Below, one piece after another: positions 37,890 through 46,669 of a stretch of 64,000 bases of DNA (within the stretch, counting starts at the first letter, position 1; each line of letters opens with the position of its first letter). A model generated the notes under the pieces. It searched no databases and was not told the DNA's origin. It saw only the letters and a list, made by a program, of their open reading frames with translations. A program made the position numbers and the translations under genes. Origin of the DNA: Thermomicrobiales bacterium. GTDB lineage: Bacteria > Chloroflexota > Chloroflexia > Thermomicrobiales > UBA6265. The stretch is from the NCBI GenBank assembly GCA_034431475.1, contig DAOUDE010000108.1:48882-112881 (forward strand), given 5' to 3'.

Positions 37890-38018
37890 TGGGACGGGGT
37901 TCGGGAGAGTGCAGACTCCCGGTTGGGGTTTGGGCGCTCTGGCTGGGGAGGGGCTCCAGCCGAGAGCTGAATGGGTATCTCATCGGTCAGGATTGTCGGA
38001 CCGCTCCTGACTGGACAA

Positions 38019-38047
38019 ACTCTACAAGATTGGTGGACTTTTGTCAA
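38019..38047 (-). promoter_or_regulatory. Putative distal promoter (P2) upstream of sbp
   Basis: The minus strand reads TTGACA (38047-38042), 17 nt, then TAGAGT (38024-38019). The spacer contains a GTCCAC half-site (GTCCAC-N7-GTAGAG). Confidence 0.4.
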
Positions 38048-38355
38048 GGTACCAGCAAACTGCGCGACGGAATCCCGAGGAGGCGCCTCCGGGTCAGATT
38101 GGCCCGGCAAGCGACGTGCCACTGGCTCATGCTCCCATGAGGCGCACCCTGGCGTACAGTGCCGCTCAGCAGGATGAGGGGGCTGCTGCAACGCCATGCG
38201 CCGCTGCAGCTCCTGGTTGGACGTCTCAACAATGCGGTACGTGCGGTGAGCGGACCGGTGGTGGCTGGCGGCCGGGAAGGGGATGCTGGTCAGCGTCAGC
38301 TGCTTCACCCTCCTGGGCTTCATGCTGGCAGCCACCACCAGTGCAGACTGGTCCA

Positions 38356-38409
38356 GGGTATGGCCCGACAGCGGAGCCGGTATGGCCCGACAGCGGAGCC
38401 GGTATGGCC
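38356..38409. repeat. 22-bp tandem duplication (about 2.4 copies)
   Basis: ggtatggcccgacagcggagcc repeated twice, plus a partial ggtatggcc, about 50 nt upstream of the methyltransferase start. Confidence 0.8.
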
Positions 38410-38455
38410 GTGAGCCAGGCAAGGCGAGAGATCACGCCAGGATGGACCATCACCC

Positions 38456-38992
38456 GTGAACCACGCTGATCACGTGCGGCTGATTGCGCCCGGTGTGCCG
38501 GCCCATGCTGGCGGACGCTGGGCCGAGTTCGGCGCGGGGACCGGCCCATTCACGCTGGCGCTCCGCGATGTCGCTGGCCCGGAGGTCGAGATTACGGCCA
38601 TCGACCGCGACGCCGGGGATTTGCGTGAGCTACGGCGCGCCATGGAGCGTGCCTTTCCCGGCACGCGGCTACACACCTGTGCCGCCGATTTCACGCGCCC
38701 GTTGGAACTGCCCCCACTGGATGGCATCCTCGCCGCCAACTCGCTGCACTACGTGCGCGACCAGGTTGCACTTCTCCGCCGCTGGCGCAGCTTCCTTGCC
38801 CCCGGCGGCCGCCTGATCGTGGTGGAGTACGACACAGATCGCGGCAACCATTGGGTACCCTTCGCCCTCTCGTTCGAGACGTTCACCCAACTCGCGCAGG
38901 AAGCCGGATTCACCGCGCCAGAGCGCATCGGCACGCAGCCGTCACGCTTTCTGGGCGCGTTCTTCTCAGGGCTGGCGTACACAGCGGACTGA
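38456..38992 (+). CDS. Class I SAM-dependent methyltransferase
   Basis: 178 aa, GTG start. Motif I AEFGAGTGPFTLAL; later ILAANSLHYV and LAPGGRLIVVEY. Confidence 0.8.
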   Translation: MNHADHVRLIAPGVPAHAGGRWAEFGAGTGPFTLALRDVAGPEVEITAIDRDAGDLRELRRAMERAFPGTRLHTCAADFTRPLELPPLDGILAANSLHYVRDQVALLRRWRSFLAPGGRLIVVEYDTDRGNHWVPFALSFETFTQLAQEAGFTAPERIGTQPSRFLGAFFSGLAYTAD

Positions 38993-39036
38993 GCGCCGAG
39001 ATGACCCGTCCTCCCACGTCGTCGCCCACGTAGGAT

Positions 39037-39336
39037 ATGACCAGGCTCGTGGTCGGCGTCGATCCCGAGCGACTGGATCAGGCACACCACGTCGAGCAGA
39101 TCCTGGCGTGTCTTGCTGCGGCCGATACAACCGACGCGGCTGTGCAGCGGGCAGCAGCCCAGGTGCGTGGGCAGCGCGGCCGGCTCGACGAGTTGGAAAC
39201 ACGCTTCCACCGCTGGCCGGAAACCGCCACCAACACGGTCTTCGGGGTGCCCACGCTCTACGACCTGGAGCAGGCAATATTTGCTGCCAGAGCGACCACG
39301 AACCCTCCGTGGGAATGTTGCATGCGTGGGCGGTGA
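39037..39336 (+). CDS. Hypothetical protein (99 aa)
   Basis: Hand count of third-codon positions gives roughly 80% G/C in this frame. The sequence is helical and looks ordinary. The competing 248-aa minus-strand ORF runs into the methyltransferase gene and is Cys/Arg-rich. Confidence 0.35.
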   Translation: MTRLVVGVDPERLDQAHHVEQILACLAAADTTDAAVQRAAAQVRGQRGRLDELETRFHRWPETATNTVFGVPTLYDLEQAIFAARATTNPPWECCMRGR

Positions 39337-39477
39337 GTATTCAGCAGGCCAGGTGAAGAGCTTTAGCGCAACCCCGAGTCCTGCTTCGTCCGGCTGGACA
39401 ATCTGCTGGTGAATAGCAACCTGGAGAGCGCGAGCGTGGTGGCTGCGAGCGAGGCCTGAGAGACGCTGCGTCCGCGC

Positions 39478-39579
39478 ACAGCAAAACGCCGACAAATCCT
39501 GTGCTTACACACCAGATCCATCGGCGTTCGCTGCACCGACTGTTTCGGGGATTGCTCCCGTCCGTTTCTGGTGTGTAGT
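39478..39579 (-). ncRNA. Candidate ~100-nt structured RNA (copy 2)
   Basis: The 5' ~50 nt are essentially identical to copy 1 (cactacacaccagaaacggacgggagcaatccccgaaac). The terminator stem is kept (gcgaacgccga/tcggcgttttgc) while the loop sequence differs. Confidence 0.45.
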
Positions 39580-39580
39580 G

Positions 39581-39609
39581 AACGTACACCCTGCGTGACG
39601 ACTTGTCAA
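39581..39609 (-). promoter_or_regulatory. Sigma70-like promoter of the candidate RNA, copy 2
   Basis: The minus strand reads TTGACA (39609-39604), 17 nt, then TACGTT (39586-39581). Both hexamers are identical to copy 1. Confidence 0.5.
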
Positions 39610-39733
39610 TACCTTGCCAACAACAATCCCCGTAACCATGCAGCCGTTCCCAGCGGCCGTGTTGAGCGAAGGGGCAGGCGCAACGCCCCCGCATCGCCTT
39701 CAGCCTGTCGCCGTTTCACCGCACGCCACGGGG

Positions 39734-39932
39734 GTCGTCCTGAGCGAAGTCGCAGGACCTCGTTTCGCGCTACCCAGGTTGGAGGCGGCGTCCACATTTC
39801 AATGTCATCCTGAGCCCGCTGGCGAAGGATCTCGGCCCAGCCTCGTGCTCGTAGAGCCCTTGCGGCTCGGCCTGTAACCAGTCCGCAGCCCCCGGACAGG
39901 TGTCATCTCGAGCGCACGCCAGAGATCTCGGC
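39734..39932. repeat. Three REP family A copies
   Basis: gtcgtcctgagcgaagtcgcaggacctcg (39734); gtcatcctgagcccgctggcgaaggatctcggccc (39802); gtcatctcgagcgcacgccagagatctcggc (39900). Confidence 0.7.
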
Positions 39933-40168
39933 ATGACCAGCAGCGCTGGTGCGCGGAAGCGCGTACAAACCTGCCGGCGACCCGGCGGTGATCCCTCCGT
40001 TCCTGCCTGTGCGGCTCACGCAACCGTGAAGGTCAGCCGCACTCTTGCAGGTTGCAGGGCGAATGCATTCTCGGTATCTCATTGGCACGCGCCTGTATTG
40101 ACAGCCAGCACGGCCCACCCTAGCCTCCGCGTGACCAGCAATCGCCAGAAACACAGGGAAGCGAACTC

Positions 40169-41794
40169 ATGGCCGGGTGTACCCCGCGCTCACCAATCTG
40201 CATTGCAGGCAAGTGGAACCACCAACCCCGAGCCAGCGGCATCCGCCGGCCCTCGTTGCTCCTCCTCCTCGCGCTCTGTCTTCTCATGCCGCTGTCCACG
40301 CTCAGCCAGGCAGTCGCCTGGCAAGCGCCGGTCAACGGGGAGCCGAGCGTCGGCGATCCGTACTTCCCGCAGTTTGGCAACTCGGGCTACGACGCCCAGC
40401 ACTACCACGTGGCGCTGACCATCGACATGAAGAAGCGCGAGGTGCAGGGCACGACGACAATCGAACTGACGCCCACCGTTGACTTGCGCTCCTTCACCTT
40501 CGACCTGGTCGGCTTCGATGTCACCGCCGTCGCGGTCAACGGCGCATCCGCCAGCTTCGGCCGGCCAACCGACAAGCTCCGCGTCACGCCGCCACAGCCA
40601 CTGCCTGCGGGAGTAGCGGCCAGCGTGCAGGTGGCCTACAGCGGCAAGCCGAGCGGGCAAGGCCTGGGCGGCTGGTATTGGTCGAAGGGCGAGGGCGCGC
40701 TCTACGCGCCGCAACCCGCCGGGGCCTCGCGCCTCTTCCCCTGCAACGACCACCCGAGCGACAAGGCCACGTTTACCTTTGACGTGACCACGCGGCGCGG
40801 CACGGCGGCGGTGGCCAACGGTCTGTTGCAGAACACCCCCGTGCGGGACGGAAACTGGATTCGCTCCACCTGGAGTGAACCTGGCTCCTTTCCGACCTAC
40901 GCGGCGGTCGTCGCCGTGGGGCGGTTCAAACTCGTCTCAGGGGAAACGGCGTCCGGGCTGCCTATGGTCAACGCGTTCCCGAAGAAGCCGCGGGCGAAGA
41001 AGGCGAAGAAGCACGGCAAGCGGCGGCATCACCGCTCTGGCGCTTCGGCCAGAACGATCAAACGGCTCGGGAAGCGCGTTGCCCCGCAGGGCGACATGAT
41101 CGCCGTGCTGGAGCAGTACTTCGGCCCGTACCCGTACTCCACCATTGGCGCCATCGTGACCACGGACGGCCGCCCCGAGGCCATGGAAGCCGCTGGCCGC
41201 CCGACGTACCCCGGCGTGAAGGCGGCCCTCAAGAGCCAGGGGTTCCAGCAACTGATCGCCCACGAGATCGCGCACCAGTGGTTCAGCGACCTCGTGACCA
41301 TCGAGACCTGGCAGGACATCTGGTTGAACGAGGGCTTCGCGACCTACGGCGAACTGCTCTGGATCGCGGACTCGCAGAACCTGCCCATCGGCTCGCTCTT
41401 TGCGCGCGACTCCCGGTACTTCGGCTACTTCGAGGGGATGGACCGGCCACCCGGCAACCCGGGCGCAGCGAACGTGTTCAACGTCACCGTCTACAACCGG
41501 GGCGCGATGACGCTGGAGGCGTTGCGGCGCACGGTGGGCGACGCGACCTTCTACGCCATCCTGCGCGAGTGGGTTGATCGCTACCGGGGCGAAAACGTCA
41601 CCACGGCGGACTTCATCGCGCTGGCGGAGGAGATGTCCGGTCAGCAACTGGATGCCTTCTTCCAGACCTGGCTCTACGAGTGGGGTCTGCCCAGCCTGCC
41701 CCCGGACACCACGGCGCAACAACGCGCTGGTGCAGACGAACCACCGATGCTGCGCGACGACGCCGAGTTCCACGGCCACCATGTCAGGGATTGA
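40169..41794 (+). CDS. M1-family zinc metallopeptidase (aminopeptidase N-like), secreted
   Basis: Signal peptide LLLLLALCLLMPLSTLSQAVA. HEIAHQWFSDLVTIETWQDIWLNEGFATY (HExxH-x18-E). Carries a K/R/H-rich insertion at nt 40982-41077. Confidence 0.9.
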   Translation: MAGCTPRSPICIAGKWNHQPRASGIRRPSLLLLLALCLLMPLSTLSQAVAWQAPVNGEPSVGDPYFPQFGNSGYDAQHYHVALTIDMKKREVQGTTTIELTPTVDLRSFTFDLVGFDVTAVAVNGASASFGRPTDKLRVTPPQPLPAGVAASVQVAYSGKPSGQGLGGWYWSKGEGALYAPQPAGASRLFPCNDHPSDKATFTFDVTTRRGTAAVANGLLQNTPVRDGNWIRSTWSEPGSFPTYAAVVAVGRFKLVSGETASGLPMVNAFPKKPRAKKAKKHGKRRHHRSGASARTIKRLGKRVAPQGDMIAVLEQYFGPYPYSTIGAIVTTDGRPEAMEAAGRPTYPGVKAALKSQGFQQLIAHEIAHQWFSDLVTIETWQDIWLNEGFATYGELLWIADSQNLPIGSLFARDSRYFGYFEGMDRPPGNPGAANVFNVTVYNRGAMTLEALRRTVGDATFYAILREWVDRYRGENVTTADFIALAEEMSGQQLDAFFQTWLYEWGLPSLPPDTTAQQRAGADEPPMLRDDAEFHGHHVRD

Positions 41795-41819
41795 GGCGCA
41801 AGTCGCGCCTCTCAATCCC
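41787..41819. terminator. Hairpin spanning both stop codons of convergent genes (bidirectional terminator candidate)
   Basis: gggattgaggcgc-aagt-cgcgcctctcaatccc, a 13-15 bp stem with one bulge. Confidence 0.45.
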
Positions 41820-42648
41820 TCAGGTGCTCCCGCGTCGCGAACGCCGTGCGCGCCACAGCGTGCTCGGCGCTGTCCCGGTTCAGCAGGACGACGCCGACGG
41901 AGACGGCGCTGAGGATGACGATGCTGAGCACGGTCAGCACGGCCAGGCGCGGGAAGTCCGAATTGGCGAGGGCCAGTAGGTCGAGGCTGTAGAGCGCGAC
42001 GGTCTCGAAGCGCGCGCCCACCAGGATCTGCGCCAGCGCGAACTCACCGAAGCTGAGCGCGAACACCAGCATGCCGCCCGCCGCGATCCCCGCGCCAATC
42101 TGCGGCACGATCAGCAGCCAGAGGATCTGCCAGCTATTGGCCCCGCTCATGCGCCCGGCTTCGTCCAGCTCCACCACACCGATGCTGGCCATCGCGCCAT
42201 CGATTGCCCAGTAGAGGAAGGGAAAGGCAACCGCTGCCTGCGCGAAGAGCAGCAGCCACGGCGAGCCAAGCGCCTTCGGCAGGTACAGGCCGTACAGCTT
42301 GAGAATGCCGAACGCGATTACGATGAAGGGCAGCACGAAGGGAATGGCTGCTGCCAGTTCGACGAGCGGCCGGATGCGCGGGTTGCGCACGCGCTGCCAG
42401 AACACGACCGGGATGACCAGCACCAGATCGAGCAGCAGCACCCCGGCCGCCAGGGCAACGGTGCGCCCCAGGGCGCGCAGCAGGCGCGAATCCACCAGGC
42501 CAGCCCGCCAGTGCTCCAGCGTGTAGCCATCCGGCAAGGCATGGGCGGTCCACGACGTCGCAATGGAGTACAGGACGATCGCCAGGAGCGGCAGCAACAG
42601 GTAGAGCGCCACGACCGTGAAGATGCCGGCGCGCGTCAACCGGGTCAT
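41812..42648 (-). CDS. ABC transporter permease (PotC-like)
   Basis: ATG at 42648 (MTRLTRAGIFTVVALYLLLP), 278 aa, multi-TM, EAA loop (LDEAGRMSGANSWQILWLLIVP). The upstream 241 aa of the tracked ORF merely overlaps the neighbouring gene. Confidence 0.85.
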   Translation of the reverse strand: MTRLTRAGIFTVVALYLLLPLLAIVLYSIATSWTAHALPDGYTLEHWRAGLVDSRLLRALGRTVALAAGVLLLDLVLVIPVVFWQRVRNPRIRPLVELAAAIPFVLPFIVIAFGILKLYGLYLPKALGSPWLLLFAQAAVAFPFLYWAIDGAMASIGVVELDEAGRMSGANSWQILWLLIVPQIGAGIAAGGMLVFALSFGEFALAQILVGARFETVALYSLDLLALANSDFPRLAVLTVLSIVILSAVSVGVVLLNRDSAEHAVARTAFATREHLRD

Positions 42649-43574
42649 GCCAGCCACCTCACCGCGCGGCGCATCGTCAGCCGGTAGGCCAGCAGCGAGA
42701 GCGTGGCGATGACCAGCAGCAGCGTCGCCATCACGGCGGCCCGCCCCTGGCTCCCCGCCGCCGAGTTCAGCGCGATGCCGATCTGGAGCGTCATCAGGCG
42801 AAGCTGGTTGGTGGCGGCGTTCCCGGCCAGCGCGTAAGCCAGGCCGTAGATGCCGATCGACCAGGTGAAGATGAGCAGCCACCCCGCCGCCAGGAAGGGC
42901 GCCAGTACGGGCAGCCCAATGAAGCGCGCCGTCTCGGCCTTCGTCGCGCCGAGCGTGGACGCGGCCTCCAGCGTATCGGCCTCCACCACGCGCATCGCGG
43001 GCAGGGTCAGCAGCACGAAGAGCGGCACATTCGTGTAGAGGTACACGAGCAGCAACCCCAGGAACGACGCCGGCGTGGGCGGGACAAAGCCCAGGCCCGT
43101 CTGCTGCAGCACCAGCGTGACCATGCCGTAGGTGCCGAGCGAGGCCATGAACCCGAAAGCCAACCCGATGCCGCCAAAGTTCGCGCCGACGTTCAGGAGC
43201 GATAGCCACGCGGTCCGCGTCACGAGCGGCGACCGCGACAGGAACCAGGCCAACGGCGCGCCGATCAGCAGGGAGAGCGTGGCGCAGGCGACGCCGAGCG
43301 ACAGGCTGGTGACAATCGCCACCCGGTCGCCGCGCCGCTGGAATGTTTCCGCCCAGAACTCCAGCGTCCACTGCCCGGCCTCGCCGCGCACGCTCTGCAC
43401 CACCACCATGATGGTTGGCAGCACCAGCAGGGCCAGCGCCAGCAGCAGCAAGGGCAGGGCCGGCGCCCAGTGCACGACGGCCTGGGTCAGCCGTGCCTGG
43501 TGCACGCCGGTGGGGCGTGCGGCCGCACGCCCCACCGCCACCGCCTGGCCCTCGGCCAGGCTGGTGCTAGCCAC
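42645..43574 (-). CDS. ABC transporter permease (PotB-like)
   Basis: ORF from 43604; the GTG at 43574 overlaps the binding-protein stop by 8 nt. Multi-TM with EAA loop (LEAASTLGATKAETARFIGLP). Confidence 0.8.
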   Translation of the reverse strand: MASTSLAEGQAVAVGRAAARPTGVHQARLTQAVVHWAPALPLLLLALALLVLPTIMVVVQSVRGEAGQWTLEFWAETFQRRGDRVAIVTSLSLGVACATLSLLIGAPLAWFLSRSPLVTRTAWLSLLNVGANFGGIGLAFGFMASLGTYGMVTLVLQQTGLGFVPPTPASFLGLLLVYLYTNVPLFVLLTLPAMRVVEADTLEAASTLGATKAETARFIGLPVLAPFLAAGWLLIFTWSIGIYGLAYALAGNAATNQLRLMTLQIGIALNSAAGSQGRAAVMATLLLVIATLSLLAYRLTMRRAVRWLA

Positions 43575-44682
43575 CCAGCACCTCGACATCCCACGCTTCG
43601 GCAATGATGTCGGCGTCGATCTTCGACCAGTCTTCGGCCTGCACGACGCCCGCGTAGGCCGCGTCCGGCAGCCACTTGGTCCGTGCGGCTTCCGGCAGTT
43701 CCAGGTCGCCCAGCACGTAGCGGATCGGGCGTGCGCCGAACTCGGCGAACGCCGTTTGCGCCTCGTCCGACAGCACGAAGTCGAGCAGCAGCTTGGCCAG
43801 GTCAGCCTTCTCGGTGTTGTACCGGTTGATCATCAGGGCCGAGGGCGCGTAGAGCGAGACGTCGGGGATGATGACCTCGGCGTTGAGGCCTTTCTCCGTC
43901 ACCGCATCGGCGATGGCGATGGCGTTGAAGTCGTATTTGATGAGGACCGGTACCTCGCCCTTCTCGAACTCCTGCGCGTTCCCCTCCTTGGGGCCAAACT
44001 GCGGCAGGAGCTTCTGGGCGAACTCAATGCCCGGGGCCAGGTCGTGCTCGTTGCCGCCGTGCGCATAGGCCCAGGCCAGGAACGCCGTGGCGCCCTCGCC
44101 GGCCGTGCGCGGGTCACGCATGCCGATCTTGCCCACGAACTCCTCACCCAGCAGATCATCCCAGGTCTCGGGAACGGTCGAGATAACGTCCTTGTTGATC
44201 AGGATCGACGGCACGCCCGTGAAGGTCGCAACCCAGCCACCCTCTGCGCCTTTCAGGCCGGCAGGCAGGTCCGCCGCACTCGCCGGGGTGTAGGGCGGCA
44301 CCACGCCGACGCGCTCTGCAATCGGCCCGTAGATCAGCCCGATGTCGGAGCTGACCGCGACCGGGTTGCCCTTTTCGGCGTCGTATTTGGTGATCTCCTC
44401 CATGGAGGTCATGTCGGTGTCGGTGCGGTTGACCGGGAAGCCGTACTTCTCACTGAATGCCTTGAGGACGCCGCCGTAGTTGGCCCAGTCGTCAGGCATG
44501 CCGTAGGTCTGGAAGTCCACCGCCTGCGCGGCCGCCTTCTCGACATCCGGCTCGCCAGCCCAGGCGTCATCCTGCGCTCCGACCCGCGCCAGGTATGCCG
44601 GTGATCCCGGCAGCGCCAGGCCGAAACCAAGCGCGCCGGCCAGCTTCAACATGGTGCGACGATGCAGTGATGGAACGGACAT
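43567..44682 (-). CDS. ABC transporter substrate-binding protein (PotD/iron(III)-type family 1)
   Basis: ATG at 44682 after GAGGAGG. Tat-like leader HRRTMLKLAGALGFGLALP. 371 aa. Confidence 0.8.
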   Translation of the reverse strand: MSVPSLHRRTMLKLAGALGFGLALPGSPAYLARVGAQDDAWAGEPDVEKAAAQAVDFQTYGMPDDWANYGGVLKAFSEKYGFPVNRTDTDMTSMEEITKYDAEKGNPVAVSSDIGLIYGPIAERVGVVPPYTPASAADLPAGLKGAEGGWVATFTGVPSILINKDVISTVPETWDDLLGEEFVGKIGMRDPRTAGEGATAFLAWAYAHGGNEHDLAPGIEFAQKLLPQFGPKEGNAQEFEKGEVPVLIKYDFNAIAIADAVTEKGLNAEVIIPDVSLYAPSALMINRYNTEKADLAKLLLDFVLSDEAQTAFAEFGARPIRYVLGDLELPEAARTKWLPDAAYAGVVQAEDWSKIDADIIAEAWDVEVLGG

Positions 44683-44779
44683 GGTAATTCCTCCTCGTAT
44701 CTTGCTCGTTTCCGGGCACACTCCACGCCGGCCCGGTGGAACATCCACCGCGCGTGAGAGACCATGGGTTGAGGAACGA

Positions 44780-45592
44780 TCAGGCGGTGCGCGCCAACCT
44801 CGACCGGGTTGGCGCTGCGACCGTCTCGGGCGCATTCAGCGCATGAACGTATGGGTTCTCGGTGGGCCGCTGGCCCAGGACGGTATTCAGCACGGTCTTC
44901 TTGATTTCGGTGAAGCCGCGGCTGGTGTGATCGCGCGGGCGAGGCAGATCAACGCGCAGGTCGAGCGCCACCGTGCCGCCTGCCAGCACGACGATGCGGT
45001 CCGCCAGCGCCACGGCCTCTTCCACATCGTGCGTCACCAGCACGGCGGTGAACCCATGCTCCTGCCAGACGCGCTCGATGAGGCTCTGCATATCCAGCCG
45101 GGTCAGCGCGTCGAGCGCGCCCAGCGGCTCATCGAGCAGCAGCAGGCGCGGGCGGGAGGCCAGAGCTCGCGCCAGGGCCACGCGCTGGCGCTGCCCGCCG
45201 GAGAGGATGCTCGGCCAGTCCTGCGCCCGCTCCGCCAGGCCAACCTCGTCCAGCGCGGCCCGCGCTTCCGGGCGGCGGTCACTGGAGAGTCCCAGCGAGA
45301 CGTTATCCAGCACCCGCCGCCAGGGCAGCAGGCGGGCATCCTGGAACATCAGGCGCACCAGCGGGCTGCCGGGGCGCGGCTCGTGCCGCTCCAGCAGCAC
45401 GGAACCTGCCGTTGGCTCCTCCAGTCCGGCCAGCAGGCGCAGCAGCGTGCTCTTGCCGCAGCCGCTCTGCCCGACGATGGCAACGAACTCCCCGCTGCCA
45501 AAGGTGAGGTCAACGCCCCGCAGCACCGGCCGCGCGCCGAAAGACTTGTGGAGGCTATTCGCCTCGATCTCGACTCCGCTGGGAATGGGCAT
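44780..45592 (-). CDS. ssuB: Aliphatic sulfonate ABC transporter ATP-binding protein
   Basis: Walker [30 protein letters not shown], signature [15 protein letters not shown], Walker B LLLDEP. Last gene of the ssu string. Confidence 0.85.
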   Translation of the reverse strand: MPIPSGVEIEANSLHKSFGARPVLRGVDLTFGSGEFVAIVGQSGCGKSTLLRLLAGLEEPTAGSVLLERHEPRPGSPLVRLMFQDARLLPWRRVLDNVSLGLSSDRRPEARAALDEVGLAERAQDWPSILSGGQRQRVALARALASRPRLLLLDEPLGALDALTRLDMQSLIERVWQEHGFTAVLVTHDVEEAVALADRIVVLAGGTVALDLRVDLPRPRDHTSRGFTEIKKTVLNTVLGQRPTENPYVHALNAPETVAAPTRSRLARTA

Positions 45593-45637
45593 ATTGGTCA
45601 CCTTCTCGTGTCACTTGGCGAGTTGGGCCAGGCAACT

Positions 45638-45792
45638 GCCCTCACCCCAACCCCGCTCCCGCGCATCGGGAGCGGGGCTCCGTTTGTTCGGAGCCGACGC
45701 CAGACTCGGCGTAACTGATCGGGTCTCCAGATGGCGACACGCCGTTCGTCTCGCCGCTCCCGCGCACCGGTTGAGGGGCTGGGGGCGAGGGC
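45638..45792. repeat. REP family B copies in the ssuC-ssuB intergenic space
   Basis: gccctcaccccaaccccgctcccgcgcatcgggagcggggctccg (45638-45682) and cgccgctcccgcgcaccggttgaggggctgggggcgagggc (45752-45792). Confidence 0.7.
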
Positions 45793-45847
45793 CCGCCGGG
45801 GCGGAATCGGCGGTAGGAAGGCGACGCCAGTGCAATCGCCGTAGATG

Positions 45848-46657
45848 TCAGGCGCGCGCATAAGTCGGGTGCCAGGCAAGCAGTTGCCGTTCGAGGCCGC
45901 GCGCCGCCACGTCGGCCAGCTTGCCGAGCAGCGCGTACAGCAGGATGCCGAGGACCAGGACATCGGTCTGCAGGAACTCGCGGGCGTTCATCGTCACGTA
46001 GCCGATGCCAGAGGTGGCGGCAATCGTCTCCGCCACGATCAGCGTTAGCCACATGATGCCGAGCGCGTAGCGCAGCCCCACCAGGATCGAGGGCAGCGCG
46101 CCCGGCAGGATCACCTGCCGGAACATCTGCCAGGTTGTGAGGCCGTAGGTCGTGCTCATCTCGATCAGGCCAGCGTCCACGCTGCGCACGCCGTGGTAGG
46201 TGTTGATGTAGATCGGGAACGCCACGCCGATGGCGACCAGGAAGATGCGCGCCGTTTCCCCGATGCCGAACCAGAGGATGACCAACGGAATCAGCGCCAG
46301 GTGCGGAATGTTGCGCCCCAACTGCACGCTGCTGTCGAGCAGCCGCGCCCCCCACGGGAAGAAGCCGTTGATGAGCCCGAGCAGAAAGCCGACGCCGCCG
46401 CCGATCAGCAGACCGACAAAGGCCCGGCGCGCGCTGACCCCCACGTCCTGCAGCAGGTTGCCTTCGGTCAGGAGCTTCCAGCCAGCCTCCGCGACGGAGA
46501 GCGGCGCTGGCAACACCCGCTCGGCGATGATGCCGTGCATGGAGAGAAACTGCCAGATCACAAGGATCAGCGCGGGCACCAGCCAGGGCACAACGGAGCG
46601 CGCAACACGCGTCGAGACCTGGTTGGCGGTGAGAGAGGGAAGGGCAGTGATTGCCAT
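45848..46657 (-). CDS. ssuC: Aliphatic sulfonate ABC transporter permease
   Basis: 269 aa, multi-TM, NitT/TauT-type permease pattern (LIEMSTTYGLTTWQMFRQVILPGALP). Confidence 0.85.
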   Translation of the reverse strand: MAITALPSLTANQVSTRVARSVVPWLVPALILVIWQFLSMHGIIAERVLPAPLSVAEAGWKLLTEGNLLQDVGVSARRAFVGLLIGGGVGFLLGLINGFFPWGARLLDSSVQLGRNIPHLALIPLVILWFGIGETARIFLVAIGVAFPIYINTYHGVRSVDAGLIEMSTTYGLTTWQMFRQVILPGALPSILVGLRYALGIMWLTLIVAETIAATSGIGYVTMNAREFLQTDVLVLGILLYALLGKLADVAARGLERQLLAWHPTYARA

Positions 46658-46669
46658 CGATGCCGTCTC

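Noticed and set aside
37756-37983. 75-aa ORF inside the sbp upstream spacer
   Set aside because: There is no Shine-Dalgarno at a workable distance. The translation is S/P/R-rich. It spans the strong hairpin and the P1 promoter/operator, so a non-coding RNA interpretation fits better.
38749-39495. 248-aa minus-strand ORF downstream of RNA-module copy 2, which would have given copy 2 a cis target
   Set aside because: Its C-terminal third overlaps the methyltransferase gene antisense. The sequence is Cys/Arg/Gly-rich. The plus-strand 99-aa frame has the better third-position G/C bias on my hand count. Still uncertain.
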